This document shows positions 19,667 to 29,146 of a stretch of DNA of 64,000 nt, piece after piece. Origin of the DNA: a virus; the IMG/VR virus record IMGVR_UViG_3300027759_000050, positions 96,680 through 160,679 of that record; one strand, 5' to 3'. The position numbers and the translations under genes were made by a program. The first letter of the stretch is position 1. Each line of letters begins with the position of its first letter. The notes below the pieces were generated by a model. The model ran no database searches. It had not been told where the DNA came from and saw nothing but the letters and a program-made list of their open reading frames with translations.

Positions 19667-20418
19667 TTTCTCACCTTTAGTCTGTTTTGTTTTGCGAACT
19701 CTGCTCTATTTACTAGCTTTGTTGGTTCAGATTTTCCAGATTCTGGAGTATGATGAACCACAAATCCTTCGGGTTTAGATTTAACACCGCTGATGTGGTG
19801 TTCATAATGGCCTTCGTGGCCCTCTAGATGTTTAACTAGAGTATTCTTAGCTTGTGCTAAATGGTGGTGCATCGTCAAAAGATTCTGATAATGCTCTTTA
19901 TTTTTCTCAATATGGTCGATATGTTCTTGTCCTGCAGCAGTTTTTGCATTCTTTGACGCATCTGTTTTGACTTTATCTGCCATCTTGGCGTGTTGAGACT
20001 TGATGTGATTCTTCAATCCTGTGACATTTGGAACTTCGCCTGTGTCAACGGTTTTGTTGATATAGGTCGTTAAATGAGTATTTTCACCTCTGTGCTTGGA
20101 GGTTGCAGGATACATTTTTGCACCATGTGTGTCATGGATTTCTTTTGCCGCAGCCATGTGCTTGTGAAATTCATCCTGAGCGTGTACTGGGTAATCAACT
20201 TTTGCTGTGTCATGTCCTGCGCCGTGGTGGTGAACATCTTTGTGCTGTTTAAAGTTGTGTAGGTCAACATCATGGTGTGCGGACATATTACTAATGTCGG
20301 AACCATGATATTTTGTGTGGACTACTACGCCGACTTTAGATGCACCAATCTTTTTAGCCTCATCACCGTGTGCGGTGTATGTGATTGTATTTGGAGTAAA
20401 TGATACTTTTTTAGTCAT
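19663..20418 (-). CDS. DUF6267-like ligase-type nucleotidyltransferase, C-terminal half
   Basis: FTPNTITY, GVVVHTKY, EGFVV (motif IV-like), TKLVNR (motif V-like). Confidence 0.65.
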   Translation of the reverse strand: MTKKVSFTPNTITYTAHGDEAKKIGASKVGVVVHTKYHGSDISNMSAHHDVDLHNFKQHKDVHHHGAGHDTAKVDYPVHAQDEFHKHMAAAKEIHDTHGAKMYPATSKHRGENTHLTTYINKTVDTGEVPNVTGLKNHIKSQHAKMADKVKTDASKNAKTAAGQEHIDHIEKNKEHYQNLLTMHHHLAQAKNTLVKHLEGHEGHYEHHISGVKSKPEGFVVHHTPESGKSEPTKLVNRAEFAKQNRLKVRK

Positions 20419-20857
20419 GGTGGTGTAAATCCTCTGAGGAATGCATCATATCGCCTTGGTAAACACCATGTTTTGGTGTGACTTTTGGCAAATGTTTCAA
20501 AGCAGCTTTAAGTTTTGATGCAAGTCCTGGTGCGTGGCCATGGTTCTTGTCAACATCAGCTTCTGTGTGATTGATTTTTGGTGTCTTATTGAACGCGGAT
20601 TTACTTGCGACAAAGAATTTACCTGTTTTTGGGTGGTGTCCAAAGATAATTGCAGGTGAACCATCGTATTTCATGGTCAAATTACTGCTGTTTGCTTTGG
20701 CTTTCATGTGTTCGTGAGCTTGCATCAAAGCACCATGTGCATGTTCAAAACCTTCGGCACCGTGCATTAATGGACGGTCTTCCGCGTGATGAATATGTTT
20801 TAAAGCCGAACCTTCTGGTTCTGCCTCTTCTTTTAAGAAGGAAATAAAAGTTTTCAT
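20411..20857 (-). CDS. DUF6267-like ligase-type nucleotidyltransferase, N-terminal half
   Basis: MKTFISFLKEE start; TMKYDGSP (KxDG motif I), FFVASKS, VYQGD. Confidence 0.65.
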   Translation of the reverse strand: MKTFISFLKEEAEPEGSALKHIHHAEDRPLMHGAEGFEHAHGALMQAHEHMKAKANSSNLTMKYDGSPAIIFGHHPKTGKFFVASKSAFNKTPKINHTEADVDKNHGHAPGLASKLKAALKHLPKVTPKHGVYQGDMMHSSEDLHHHD

Positions 20858-20899
20858 TGATTGCCCTTAGAATTGTAACACACTCTGGTTACCATCAGT

Positions 20900-20907
20900 T
20901 ATTTATA
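20900..20907 (-). promoter_or_regulatory. T4-type late promoter TATAAATA
   Basis: Exact consensus in the intergenic gap at the head of the virion/lysis block; gp55 is encoded in the window. Confidence 0.85.
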
Positions 20908-20959
20908 CAACTTTTTAATTCAAACTCCTAAATCCACAAAGATTGAGGAGAATACATAG

Positions 20960-21631
20960 TCAATCAAATTGAATATAACCGGTTGCCGAAATTTGACATT
21001 TAAACCCCATAACGTCCCATTCAACAAGTTTTTCTTTATCTACCAATTCTAAAATGCAATGTTCCAAGTCTCGGGTTGTGGATAAACAATGTTTTACCAA
21101 TTTACCCATCAATTCTTTTGCTTCTGGAGTAATACTGTGGCAGAATGAAAAAATTCTAGTGTCCAGTACCCGCAAATCATCGGATATCCAAGATGGACCT
21201 CGTTTTTTGAAAACATATTTACCAAATAAGTTTGGATCATCATAATTTTCGATGTGAAAATCATCCGTTAACTCACCCCTACCGGTTAGTTTAAAGATTC
21301 TCTGAATATTTGGTATATTCATTTTTTCAACAGCATCAATCGTCACAAATAAACTATATGCTTCAGCCGGACTCTTTAGGCCCATTTGGCCAAGTTTAGC
21401 CACATCAGGTATGTTTGAGTTGATTAACAAGTAATCGACTTTTTTTGATAAGTCATCCAACATGTATTGTGGAACAGGATTTGGAGAAGATTCAGCCAAT
21501 ACAATTATGGAATTTTTATCTTTTAATCTAATCGATTCCAAATCTTTTAGTGTTTGTTCATATCTGTTTTCTATTGATATAATGCTTGTAAAAGAGTTGA
21601 TTGCCGAAGTTAAAATAAATACATTACTCAT
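20960..21631 (-). CDS. hypothetical protein of the sugar-modification cluster (GT-like)
   Basis: Start MSNVFILTSAI; IFKLTGR motif; cluster context. Confidence 0.55.
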   Translation of the reverse strand: MSNVFILTSAINSFTSIISIENRYEQTLKDLESIRLKDKNSIIVLAESSPNPVPQYMLDDLSKKVDYLLINSNIPDVAKLGQMGLKSPAEAYSLFVTIDAVEKMNIPNIQRIFKLTGRGELTDDFHIENYDDPNLFGKYVFKKRGPSWISDDLRVLDTRIFSFCHSITPEAKELMGKLVKHCLSTTRDLEHCILELVDKEKLVEWDVMGFKCQISATGYIQFD

Positions 21632-22191
21632 TATTTGTACCAATACCAAACATCACATTCAGTTTCCAAAATTTCTTTACCAACAAGAGCTGCAAATTCT
21701 AAAACGGCTTTGTTGACGCCTGGGATAACTCTAAAGTCGTGACCGGAGAATACACCACCAGGTTTAACTTTTGAATAATAGTTATGACAATCAATTAGTA
21801 CCTGTTCATAGGTGTGTAGACCATCGATGAAAAGTAAGTCTACAGAATTATCATCGAATCTATCAACAACATTGTCGGAATAGTCTCTAATCATTTCAAA
21901 TCGGTTACTATAACCAGAAAGACGATGCATTGTTTCTTCAAAAAATTCTTGGCGGTCGTTTAAAGAAACGCCATTCCAATCAACATAGTTAGCATATGGA
22001 TCAATAGAAACAATTTTCAATTCAGGGTTACATTGTAGTAACCATTCAGTTGTGTGTCCTTCAGAACAACCAATTTCAACAACAAAAGGGTTCTTCATAG
22101 GTTTAACTAACTCACCTAGCCCGTGGCCAGAACTTTTCCTAAAGTTGTAAACATTTTGTGTCATAGTGTTAAATGTGATTGTATCACTCAT
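21631..22191 (-). CDS. class I SAM-dependent methyltransferase (Methyltransf_24-like)
   Basis: VEIGCSEG, LFIDGLHTY, KPGGVFSGHDF. Confidence 0.88.
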   Translation of the reverse strand: MSDTITFNTMTQNVYNFRKSSGHGLGELVKPMKNPFVVEIGCSEGHTTEWLLQCNPELKIVSIDPYANYVDWNGVSLNDRQEFFEETMHRLSGYSNRFEMIRDYSDNVVDRFDDNSVDLLFIDGLHTYEQVLIDCHNYYSKVKPGGVFSGHDFRVIPGVNKAVLEFAALVGKEILETECDVWYWYK

Positions 22192-22221
22192 AGTATTTCT
22201 CCGTTGTATTAATTTAATAGA

Positions 22222-22902
22222 TTATTTCACACCATTTATATGTATCTGTGAAGGATAAACAAATTCCTTATCTGATGTTTTTTGTAGAATACAATGTACA
22301 TAACAAGGCCTCAAAGACATACTATTCATTTCAAAATAATTTTGGAGTGGTGCTTCTTCAAAACTTTCTTTTATATACAATCCTATTATGTTATACTCGT
22401 TATATTTGGCCAAACTTTCAAAGAAAACAGGATTATAACAAAAGAATCCGTGATTGTAATCTATACACGGCAAAACATTTAACAAAGCTCCACCTGGTTT
22501 CGTTAAATCATGCATCAGTTTAAAAGACGTTGCTTGGCCTATCAAGTGTTCAGTTGTTCCATGGTTTGTACATAGGTCATATTTATTTTTATGTTCTTCT
22601 GGGCAACTCTGAACATTTAAGTCCCAGAAGTATGATTTTGGATCTAATGGATCCAAATCTATACAATCATATGTGTGACCCATCATTTCGTGAGCTGAAC
22701 GATTGCTTATGTGATAATAAAATCCATCAGAAAGATTTTCATCCAAATCTAGATGTTTTAAATATTCTTTAACATAACCTTTATCGTCGAAATGGATTGT
22801 TTGAGCTCCCAATTCCATCACTTTAATGTTTTTTCTGAAATCAATAACACCTTCATCTTTTAATTTTTTATAGTGTTTAAATGTTTCTCTAGTTGCACCC
22901 AT
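22222..22902 (-). CDS. class I SAM-dependent methyltransferase
   Basis: MELGAQ, DLCTNHGTTEH, KPGG, HGFFCYNP. Confidence 0.75.
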   Translation of the reverse strand: MGATRETFKHYKKLKDEGVIDFRKNIKVMELGAQTIHFDDKGYVKEYLKHLDLDENLSDGFYYHISNRSAHEMMGHTYDCIDLDPLDPKSYFWDLNVQSCPEEHKNKYDLCTNHGTTEHLIGQATSFKLMHDLTKPGGALLNVLPCIDYNHGFFCYNPVFFESLAKYNEYNIIGLYIKESFEEAPLQNYFEMNSMSLRPCYVHCILQKTSDKEFVYPSQIHINGVK

Positions 22903-22903
22903 A

Positions 22904-23713
22904 TCATTTCTCCAATGTGTTAAAGTTTTTAAAAATTACAAAAGCATCAAGACCAAATTGATGGTCTGGAATTCTATGTTGTTGGAATAAATTAGGATAT
23001 TGAGTTGCACACATCAACATCATTGATTGGTCATCATCTGTCAATCCTTCACTATACAGTTGTTCAAAAGCTTCAAACATTTTAGTTCTCATAAATGGCC
23101 AAAGTTTTTTATCTGCCACCATTTTTGCACCTAAGATATGCACATCATTGGTTACTACAACTTGTTTAAAGGATACATTAGGTTTCAAATCTTTATAAGA
23201 AAACAAATGAATCTTTTCTGGATCGAAATCATAACACCACTCAAGACTTTTTGGTAGTGTTTGTTCACTCCTACAATAACCAAAGTCTAACCAAGCAACA
23301 GTATCATTTGTTACCAAACCTTTATCTATTGCCAGATTTACAAAAGTGGATTTCAACAAATTAACCAAAACATATTTCTCACTCCAATATTCTGGATTTT
23401 TAATTTGACTTGGTTCAATCATCCGTTTATAAGCTTCATTATTATGGATAGAAACTATCTTTTTTGAAACATCTGAAAATTCAGTAAATGGATCGTATTC
23501 AATAACTTTAATCCTGTCACTTACTTTTTTAAGTTTTTCAGCAATGTCAGGTGAAGTTATTACAATGATTTCATTCTTTAACTTAGTTAGATGTGTGAAT
23601 CTTTCAATATATGTGTCTGTTGTTCTATGTAAATAGTGTGGATGACCTTTATCCATAGACCAATCACCACGACCAATATCAAAGAATGCTGTTACAATAC
23701 TAATGTTTTTCAT
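22904..23713 (-). CDS. HtrL/YibB (WlaTC) family glycosyltransferase
   Basis: IVTAFFDIGRGDW, NPEYW, AWLDFGYCR, DDDQ. Confidence 0.82.
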   Translation of the reverse strand: MKNISIVTAFFDIGRGDWSMDKGHPHYLHRTTDTYIERFTHLTKLKNEIIVITSPDIAEKLKKVSDRIKVIEYDPFTEFSDVSKKIVSIHNNEAYKRMIEPSQIKNPEYWSEKYVLVNLLKSTFVNLAIDKGLVTNDTVAWLDFGYCRSEQTLPKSLEWCYDFDPEKIHLFSYKDLKPNVSFKQVVVTNDVHILGAKMVADKKLWPFMRTKMFEAFEQLYSEGLTDDDQSMMLMCATQYPNLFQQHRIPDHQFGLDAFVIFKNFNTLEK

Positions 23714-23736
23714 TTTATTCCATTTCAAATAATCTA

Positions 23737-24750
23737 TCAATAAGAATTGATTGTATGTGTTATTACTTTTTTCAGGCCTTCTGTGAAATCAATTTTTTTG
23801 GTCCAACCTAAAGATTTCAAATAATCACCGGAAATCAAATACTTAAAATCGTGTCCTGGTCTATCAATGCTAGGGTCAACCATTTCATATGAAGTATCTT
23901 TACCCATGAATGCGGATACTAGTTTAACAATCTCCAAATTATCGTATTCATCATCACTTGAGATGTTGAATTTGAAACAATTTCCACCCCTATGATTCTC
24001 TGGTTGTTTTGGATTTTTCAAGTTAATCAAAAATAACAAAGCATCCGCAACATCAACTGCATGTAAATAACATCTGCTTCCAATTAGACCTGTTTTACTA
24101 TCAAAGTGAACAATAACTTTTTCATTCTTATAAATTTTCTTTATAATCATTGGAATGTATTTTTCATCACTTTGTCTTTCTCCATAAACATTCATTGTGT
24201 GTGTTATGTAAATTGGAAGTTTATAAGTATTTTCATAGGCTACACACAATTCTTCTCCTGCTGCTTTTGAAGCTGAATATGGATTGCAAGCATTGAATCT
24301 ATCCCATTCAGAAAACTTAACATTATCAATTGCTGGACCAAAAACTTCATCTGTGGAAAAATAAATCATTCTTTCTAAGTTTTTTAGTTTTCTAGCATAC
24401 TCAAGTACATTAGCAGTACCAATAATGTTATCATTGATAAATTCCATTGGGTACTTAATAGAACGAGTAACGTGAGATGCGGCCGCCATATGCAAAATGA
24501 TGTTAACATCACCTAGCTTATTGATTATGTAATCATTGAATTCAGCTTTCAAATCATGGTGTACAATACTGACTCTTTTCTTAGTTGCAGTATCAACATC
24601 TTTGAGTATTGAACTCAATCTGTTTAAATCACCAGAAAAATCCAATCTGTCTAAACAGACAATATCATAATCTGTATTTTGTAAAAAATAATAGACTACA
24701 TGATGAGCAATAAAACCGGCAGAACCAGTTATCATAATTTTTTTAGCCAT
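23737..24750 (-). CDS. dTDP-glucose 4,6-dehydratase-like NAD-dependent epimerase/dehydratase
   Basis: GSAGFIA, AAASHV, STDEVFG, YSASK, DRPGHD. Confidence 0.9.
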   Translation of the reverse strand: MAKKIMITGSAGFIAHHVVYYFLQNTDYDIVCLDRLDFSGDLNRLSSILKDVDTATKKRVSIVHHDLKAEFNDYIINKLGDVNIILHMAAASHVTRSIKYPMEFINDNIIGTANVLEYARKLKNLERMIYFSTDEVFGPAIDNVKFSEWDRFNACNPYSASKAAGEELCVAYENTYKLPIYITHTMNVYGERQSDEKYIPMIIKKIYKNEKVIVHFDSKTGLIGSRCYLHAVDVADALLFLINLKNPKQPENHRGGNCFKFNISSDDEYDNLEIVKLVSAFMGKDTSYEMVDPSIDRPGHDFKYLISGDYLKSLGWTKKIDFTEGLKKVITHTINSY

Positions 24751-24758
24751 TAATCACC

Positions 24759-25613
24759 TCAGTTTGTTTTGTAAATAAAGAAATTTTGTGGATCTTCTTG
24801 TTTATATTTTTTAGAAATATAATCTTTCCATTCAGGAACCCTATCATACTGATGCACGATAGCAAAAGGTTTTCCTGTTGATGTATAAACAATATTATCC
24901 TTGTAGTAAGGTTCTGCTTCCAACAATTTAGGTCTAAACGAATCTATCTTTAGTGGGTCTGCTACAACACCAGCTTGACAAGCCCATCCATCTTTCTGTT
25001 TAGCAAACAAAACTATGTCTTTATAGGGATGAGTGTGCATTAGTAAGTTGAATGTTCCTTGGTCAAGAGCACCAGGAATTCTTAAAGCTAATAGGTAATT
25101 GTGTAAGAACAAGTCTCGCAAATATTCAATTTTACCTCCAAGAACTCCAACATTAAACACTTCAAAATCTTTAAATTTTTCGTAAATATAAGGTCCAAAA
25201 GTGTCAATTAAATTTTGATTGTTCCAAGGTTCATCTTTGTATTTGATGCATTCAGCACCTGCAACAATTTTTTTGTCACCTAAGTTTTCAGTTAGCCATT
25301 TAAACGGGTCTGTTTGAAAATAAACATCTTTCAAATCAGTCATTATTACATTGTCATACTTGTCGCTGTGTTCCAACAAAAAGTCATAAACAACAATCCA
25401 ACGAGCAATGTGTGGTGGTAAGTTTGTTGTAGGTGGCATTCTTTTTATAATGAATCCCTTTTCTTCCAGTTTGTTTAATGTATCTGGATCGGTTTGACCA
25501 GCAATCATACATCTTTCAGCTGTTATACCTGCATCGTCAATTGATTCAACCCAAGGTTTGAGTTGATTATAATTGTAACCTGAGAATGCACCAATGATTA
25601 AATTTTTTTTCAT
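24759..25613 (-). CDS. putative GT-A glycosyltransferase
   Basis: MTDLKDVYFQTDPF, NVGVLGG, DQGTFN, IVHQYDR. Confidence 0.7.
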   Translation of the reverse strand: MKKNLIIGAFSGYNYNQLKPWVESIDDAGITAERCMIAGQTDPDTLNKLEEKGFIIKRMPPTTNLPPHIARWIVVYDFLLEHSDKYDNVIMTDLKDVYFQTDPFKWLTENLGDKKIVAGAECIKYKDEPWNNQNLIDTFGPYIYEKFKDFEVFNVGVLGGKIEYLRDLFLHNYLLALRIPGALDQGTFNLLMHTHPYKDIVLFAKQKDGWACQAGVVADPLKIDSFRPKLLEAEPYYKDNIVYTSTGKPFAIVHQYDRVPEWKDYISKKYKQEDPQNFFIYKTN

Positions 25614-25648
25614 TTCAATACTCCAATAGTCTTAGACAAATTCATAAA

Positions 25649-26368
25649 TTATTTCCTCCAAGGTAAATCACCATTATATTTTTGTTTCATCATTTCATTA
25701 CCTTTTATGAAAAACTCAGCTTGAACGGAGTCTGACCGGCTAGCAACTCTATAATTTATTGTGTATTTGAAATTTGTATCAAACTGTTTCATATTCTGCA
25801 TCATAAAAGGTGATAGTATCCTGTCAATTTCCGGTTGGTCATCGGGGTGTCTAGCTCTACGATACCAATAAGGTGAAAAACCTAATGCGGCTCGTTTTGG
25901 AATCATAAAACAGTTAACATCGACAAAATTATCATTAATAACTGAAATCCATTTACCCAATGATTCACAATCATCATTACATATGTATTCACCCTCCTGA
26001 TTAACAATTTTTCGAAATGAGTAAGCCCAGTCATTTCCTTTTCTTATAACATCAACAAGAGTTTCTATGTGATTTTCTTCATACCAATTGTCTTCATCTA
26101 GGAAACAAAAGAAATCACCTTTAGCTAGATATGTCATAGCTCCATAAATTCGGTGACCATTATATTGTTCTTTTCCTGTAGCATACGGCAACTTGATTAA
26201 ATCAATATTGGGATACTCTTGCATTATTGGATTGGCTTTTGCATGGTCACCATCAATCACCACAAGATGTTGTATGTTTTTATATGTTTGATTCTTAACA
26301 CCATCAAGTGCTTGACGGACGCAAGATGCTCCGGTTGTTGGAGTTATCACTGTTATCATAGGATTCAT
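25649..26368 (-). CDS. glycosyltransferase family 2
   Basis: TVITPT, QTYKNIQHLVVIDG, FLDEDN. Confidence 0.85.
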   Translation of the reverse strand: MNPMITVITPTTGASCVRQALDGVKNQTYKNIQHLVVIDGDHAKANPIMQEYPNIDLIKLPYATGKEQYNGHRIYGAMTYLAKGDFFCFLDEDNWYEENHIETLVDVIRKGNDWAYSFRKIVNQEGEYICNDDCESLGKWISVINDNFVDVNCFMIPKRAALGFSPYWYRRARHPDDQPEIDRILSPFMMQNMKQFDTNFKYTINYRVASRSDSVQAEFFIKGNEMMKQKYNGDLPWRK

Positions 26369-26371
26369 AAT

Positions 26372-27478
26372 TTACCTCATAATGTCAATATTTTTACCTG
26401 AAGTCCAGACCTCAAGTTCCGTTCTGAGTCTAAGTTCATCTGTCAGTGTCAGATAACGATTTGTTGCTTTCTTTTTCCACCATTTAATAATATTTTCAAG
26501 GCTAAACTTATCATAGTTTTCATCTTTAATCAAAATATCAGTTTCACCATTGACAACATCGATAAAATTCTCAAAGCCATAGTTAGATATGTAGTATCTC
26601 TTTTGTTCAGTTAAATTCTTTGCATTCTCAATTACCTCATTGAATCTTTTGAGTTCTTCTGTTCCTTTTAGTCCAGCTTTTGTTAAAGCAATGATTCTCA
26701 TGCTTGTTTTTAGTTTCTTGCTTGATATGTCATCTTCAACAATTTTACCAACTTTAGATTCTACAAAATTACGCAAATTCTCATAAGGTTTTCCGTGCAT
26801 CATTGGCAGAAAATCACTTTCAGTTTCACCTTTATGTCTTATATATGGCTTCATACCATCATACTGTGAAGATGACTTGGAAGAACCATAAAGACTTGTG
26901 GTTTCAAACATACACAAGTTCATATCATACTTTTTGTTAATGATTTCACGGACTTCATGGGAACAACAGATAGCTGCAAGTAACTTTCCTCCCAAGTAAT
27001 TGAAACCAAAAGGTTGTGCAGGTACAATAACAAACCCCATCATTGTGGTGTTATTGAATGCTTTTGCAGTCTCCGGCTTTTGTGTGAATACTTGTCCAAG
27101 CATTTCATTTCTAGGTTTGCAGTTGATAACTGGAGAACCAATGCGAATGAATCCAAGGAACTTGTTTGTCTTTTTCTCTTTGACACCTAAACGAATTTGG
27201 CGACCAACAGGTGAAATGTTAATGTGTGATGAAGTGATATTCAGTAAAGTTTCCCATGTCTTGGTGTTACATTCAATAACATCAATTTCCATGTCATTTG
27301 GATGCATAGAAAAATCAGAGAACAAATCATCTTCAACCGGGAATAATGGGTTTGTTGTCATTTCAGACAACGAGGCCAATTTTTGGTCTCGCATATATTC
27401 ATCAATGCGTTCAAAGTTACTAAAGTAATCTTCAAATACTTTGGCACAATGAATAGCATCTTCCTTAGACAACATCAT
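26372..27478 (-). CDS. DUF4338 / DruA-like protein
   Basis: IVPAQPFGFNYLGGKLLA...ETTSLYGSSKSSSQYDG. Confidence 0.75.
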   Translation of the reverse strand: MMLSKEDAIHCAKVFEDYFSNFERIDEYMRDQKLASLSEMTTNPLFPVEDDLFSDFSMHPNDMEIDVIECNTKTWETLLNITSSHINISPVGRQIRLGVKEKKTNKFLGFIRIGSPVINCKPRNEMLGQVFTQKPETAKAFNNTTMMGFVIVPAQPFGFNYLGGKLLAAICCSHEVREIINKKYDMNLCMFETTSLYGSSKSSSQYDGMKPYIRHKGETESDFLPMMHGKPYENLRNFVESKVGKIVEDDISSKKLKTSMRIIALTKAGLKGTEELKRFNEVIENAKNLTEQKRYYISNYGFENFIDVVNGETDILIKDENYDKFSLENIIKWWKKKATNRYLTLTDELRLRTELEVWTSGKNIDIMR

Positions 27479-28869
27479 ATTTTAAATCCATCAAACGATT
27501 TCTTAGCTTTCAATTCTCGTTCACCAAAAGTGTTAATTGGTTTGTCTTGACCTGCATCAGCCAGTCCATCTTGACCGGATTGTTCTACATCATACAAACG
27601 CATTTTACTTCTGTCAACACCAAGGGTGAACCTCTTGTAATATGTAGGATCGTTGTAACGGTTCTTTAATTGTTTGACCATAATCTGGCCAAGTTCTTCC
27701 AGTTCTTCGGAAGAAATCAAGGCAAACATCAAGTCGGCTGTTGCAGGCAGACCAAAAGATTCACTGGTGTCTTCAAGACCAGGATCGGAACTACTGAAAC
27801 CACTTCTTGTAGTTTGTGTAGCCGAAACAACAGGAACTTTGAATTCAACAGCTAAACCCCTAAGTTCTTCTGCAATAGATTTCACATAAGTGTAAGAGTT
27901 GATGTTTGAACCAGGTTTAATCCTGGAAGAACAACAGATGTTCAGATAATCAATGAAGATAATATCTGGTCTAAATGACTTCTTCAAATATAGTTCATTT
28001 AGCAATGTTCTGAAATGAGTTGCAGATGCTGATGCGGTTGGATACTCTTTGATGATTAGTTTACCAGTTGTTTTAGATTTAACTTTTGCAACTTTCTTAT
28101 CATACATTTCTTTAGACAAATCTGTCAAATCATCCAATGATACATTCAATAAATTAGCATCAATACGTTCTGCTATCTTTTCTTCGGCCATCTCCATTGT
28201 GATATACAATACGTTACGGCCTTGAGACATAGCACCAGCGGCAACATGACACATAAACAAAGACTTACCGACACCAGTACCAGCCAAAGCAATATTAAGG
28301 GTTTTTGCTGGAAGACCACCTTTTGTGATTTTGTTGAAATAGTCGAGGTCGAATGGAATTCTTTCTTCCTTTCGGTGATAGAATTCATATCGTTCATCGG
28401 AATTCTCAAGATAATCGTGTCCAACAGATGTATCAAAGCTTACTCCAAGTGCGTCCGATAGTATCTTGGGAATCTGACCTTTGTCATGCGTTTTGTCTTT
28501 TCCATCGAGTATAGAAATCGACCCCAATACTGCGTTGTATATGGCTTTTTCTTGGCAGAATTTTTCTGTCTTGTCAACAAGCCATTGAATCTGCGATTGT
28601 TCTGACTTAGTTTGCTCAATTTCTTTGAGATATTCTTCGCACTTCTCCACTTCTGCATCTGTGATATTGCGTAGGTCTTTGACGGCCAAACCAAGAGCTT
28701 CAACCGACGGTGGTACATTGTAAGTGCTTGTGAACGATGTAATCTCATTATAAATTGCTTTCTCTGTTCTGTCTGAAAAGTATTCTTCTTTTAAGAATGG
28801 AAGAACTTTCCTAAGATAGTCTTCCGAGTAAATCAGGTGTTTCAGAATCGTTGTCTCTAGTTTCATCAA
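27475..28869 (-). CDS. gp41: replicative DNA helicase
   Basis: AGTGVGKS, IFIDYLNI, SATQTTR, ESFGLPATAD, QLKNRY. Confidence 0.97.
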   Translation of the reverse strand: MMKLETTILKHLIYSEDYLRKVLPFLKEEYFSDRTEKAIYNEITSFTSTYNVPPSVEALGLAVKDLRNITDAEVEKCEEYLKEIEQTKSEQSQIQWLVDKTEKFCQEKAIYNAVLGSISILDGKDKTHDKGQIPKILSDALGVSFDTSVGHDYLENSDERYEFYHRKEERIPFDLDYFNKITKGGLPAKTLNIALAGTGVGKSLFMCHVAAGAMSQGRNVLYITMEMAEEKIAERIDANLLNVSLDDLTDLSKEMYDKKVAKVKSKTTGKLIIKEYPTASASATHFRTLLNELYLKKSFRPDIIFIDYLNICCSSRIKPGSNINSYTYVKSIAEELRGLAVEFKVPVVSATQTTRSGFSSSDPGLEDTSESFGLPATADLMFALISSEELEELGQIMVKQLKNRYNDPTYYKRFTLGVDRSKMRLYDVEQSGQDGLADAGQDKPINTFGERELKAKKSFDGFKI

Positions 28870-29146
28870 TTATTTCCTCATCTATATTGGCAGACATAAG
28901 TTCTACCAACAAATCGCCTGCATATTGTTTGAAATCCGAGTCTTTCTCCAAAAGTTTCGGCTTCATCACAGGACATTCTAACACATAATAAGCAAAAAGT
29001 AAATGGGGCCCTTCGGCATACTCTCTAAAAGATACCTTACCATATTTGAATAAGGTATCCTTATAGTCGCCAGTTAGAATTTTGATATGTGCCGTTTCTT
29101 TATCATCCTTAGGATAAATGAAACAGTAGTCTATTCCTTCAATCAT
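28811..29146 (-). CDS. hypothetical protein at the gp40 position
   Basis: Lies between uvsX and gp41, where T4 has gp40; positional evidence only. Confidence 0.55.
   Translation of the reverse strand: MIEGIDYCFIYPKDDKETAHIKILTGDYKDTLFKYGKVSFREYAEGPHLLFAYYVLECPVMKPKLLEKDSDFKQYAGDLLVELMSANIDEEIIDETRDNDSETPDLLGRLS

Noticed and set aside
26372-27478. Complete Druantia defence system
   Set aside because: Only DruA-like genes are present; no DruE-type helicase or other partners are seen.
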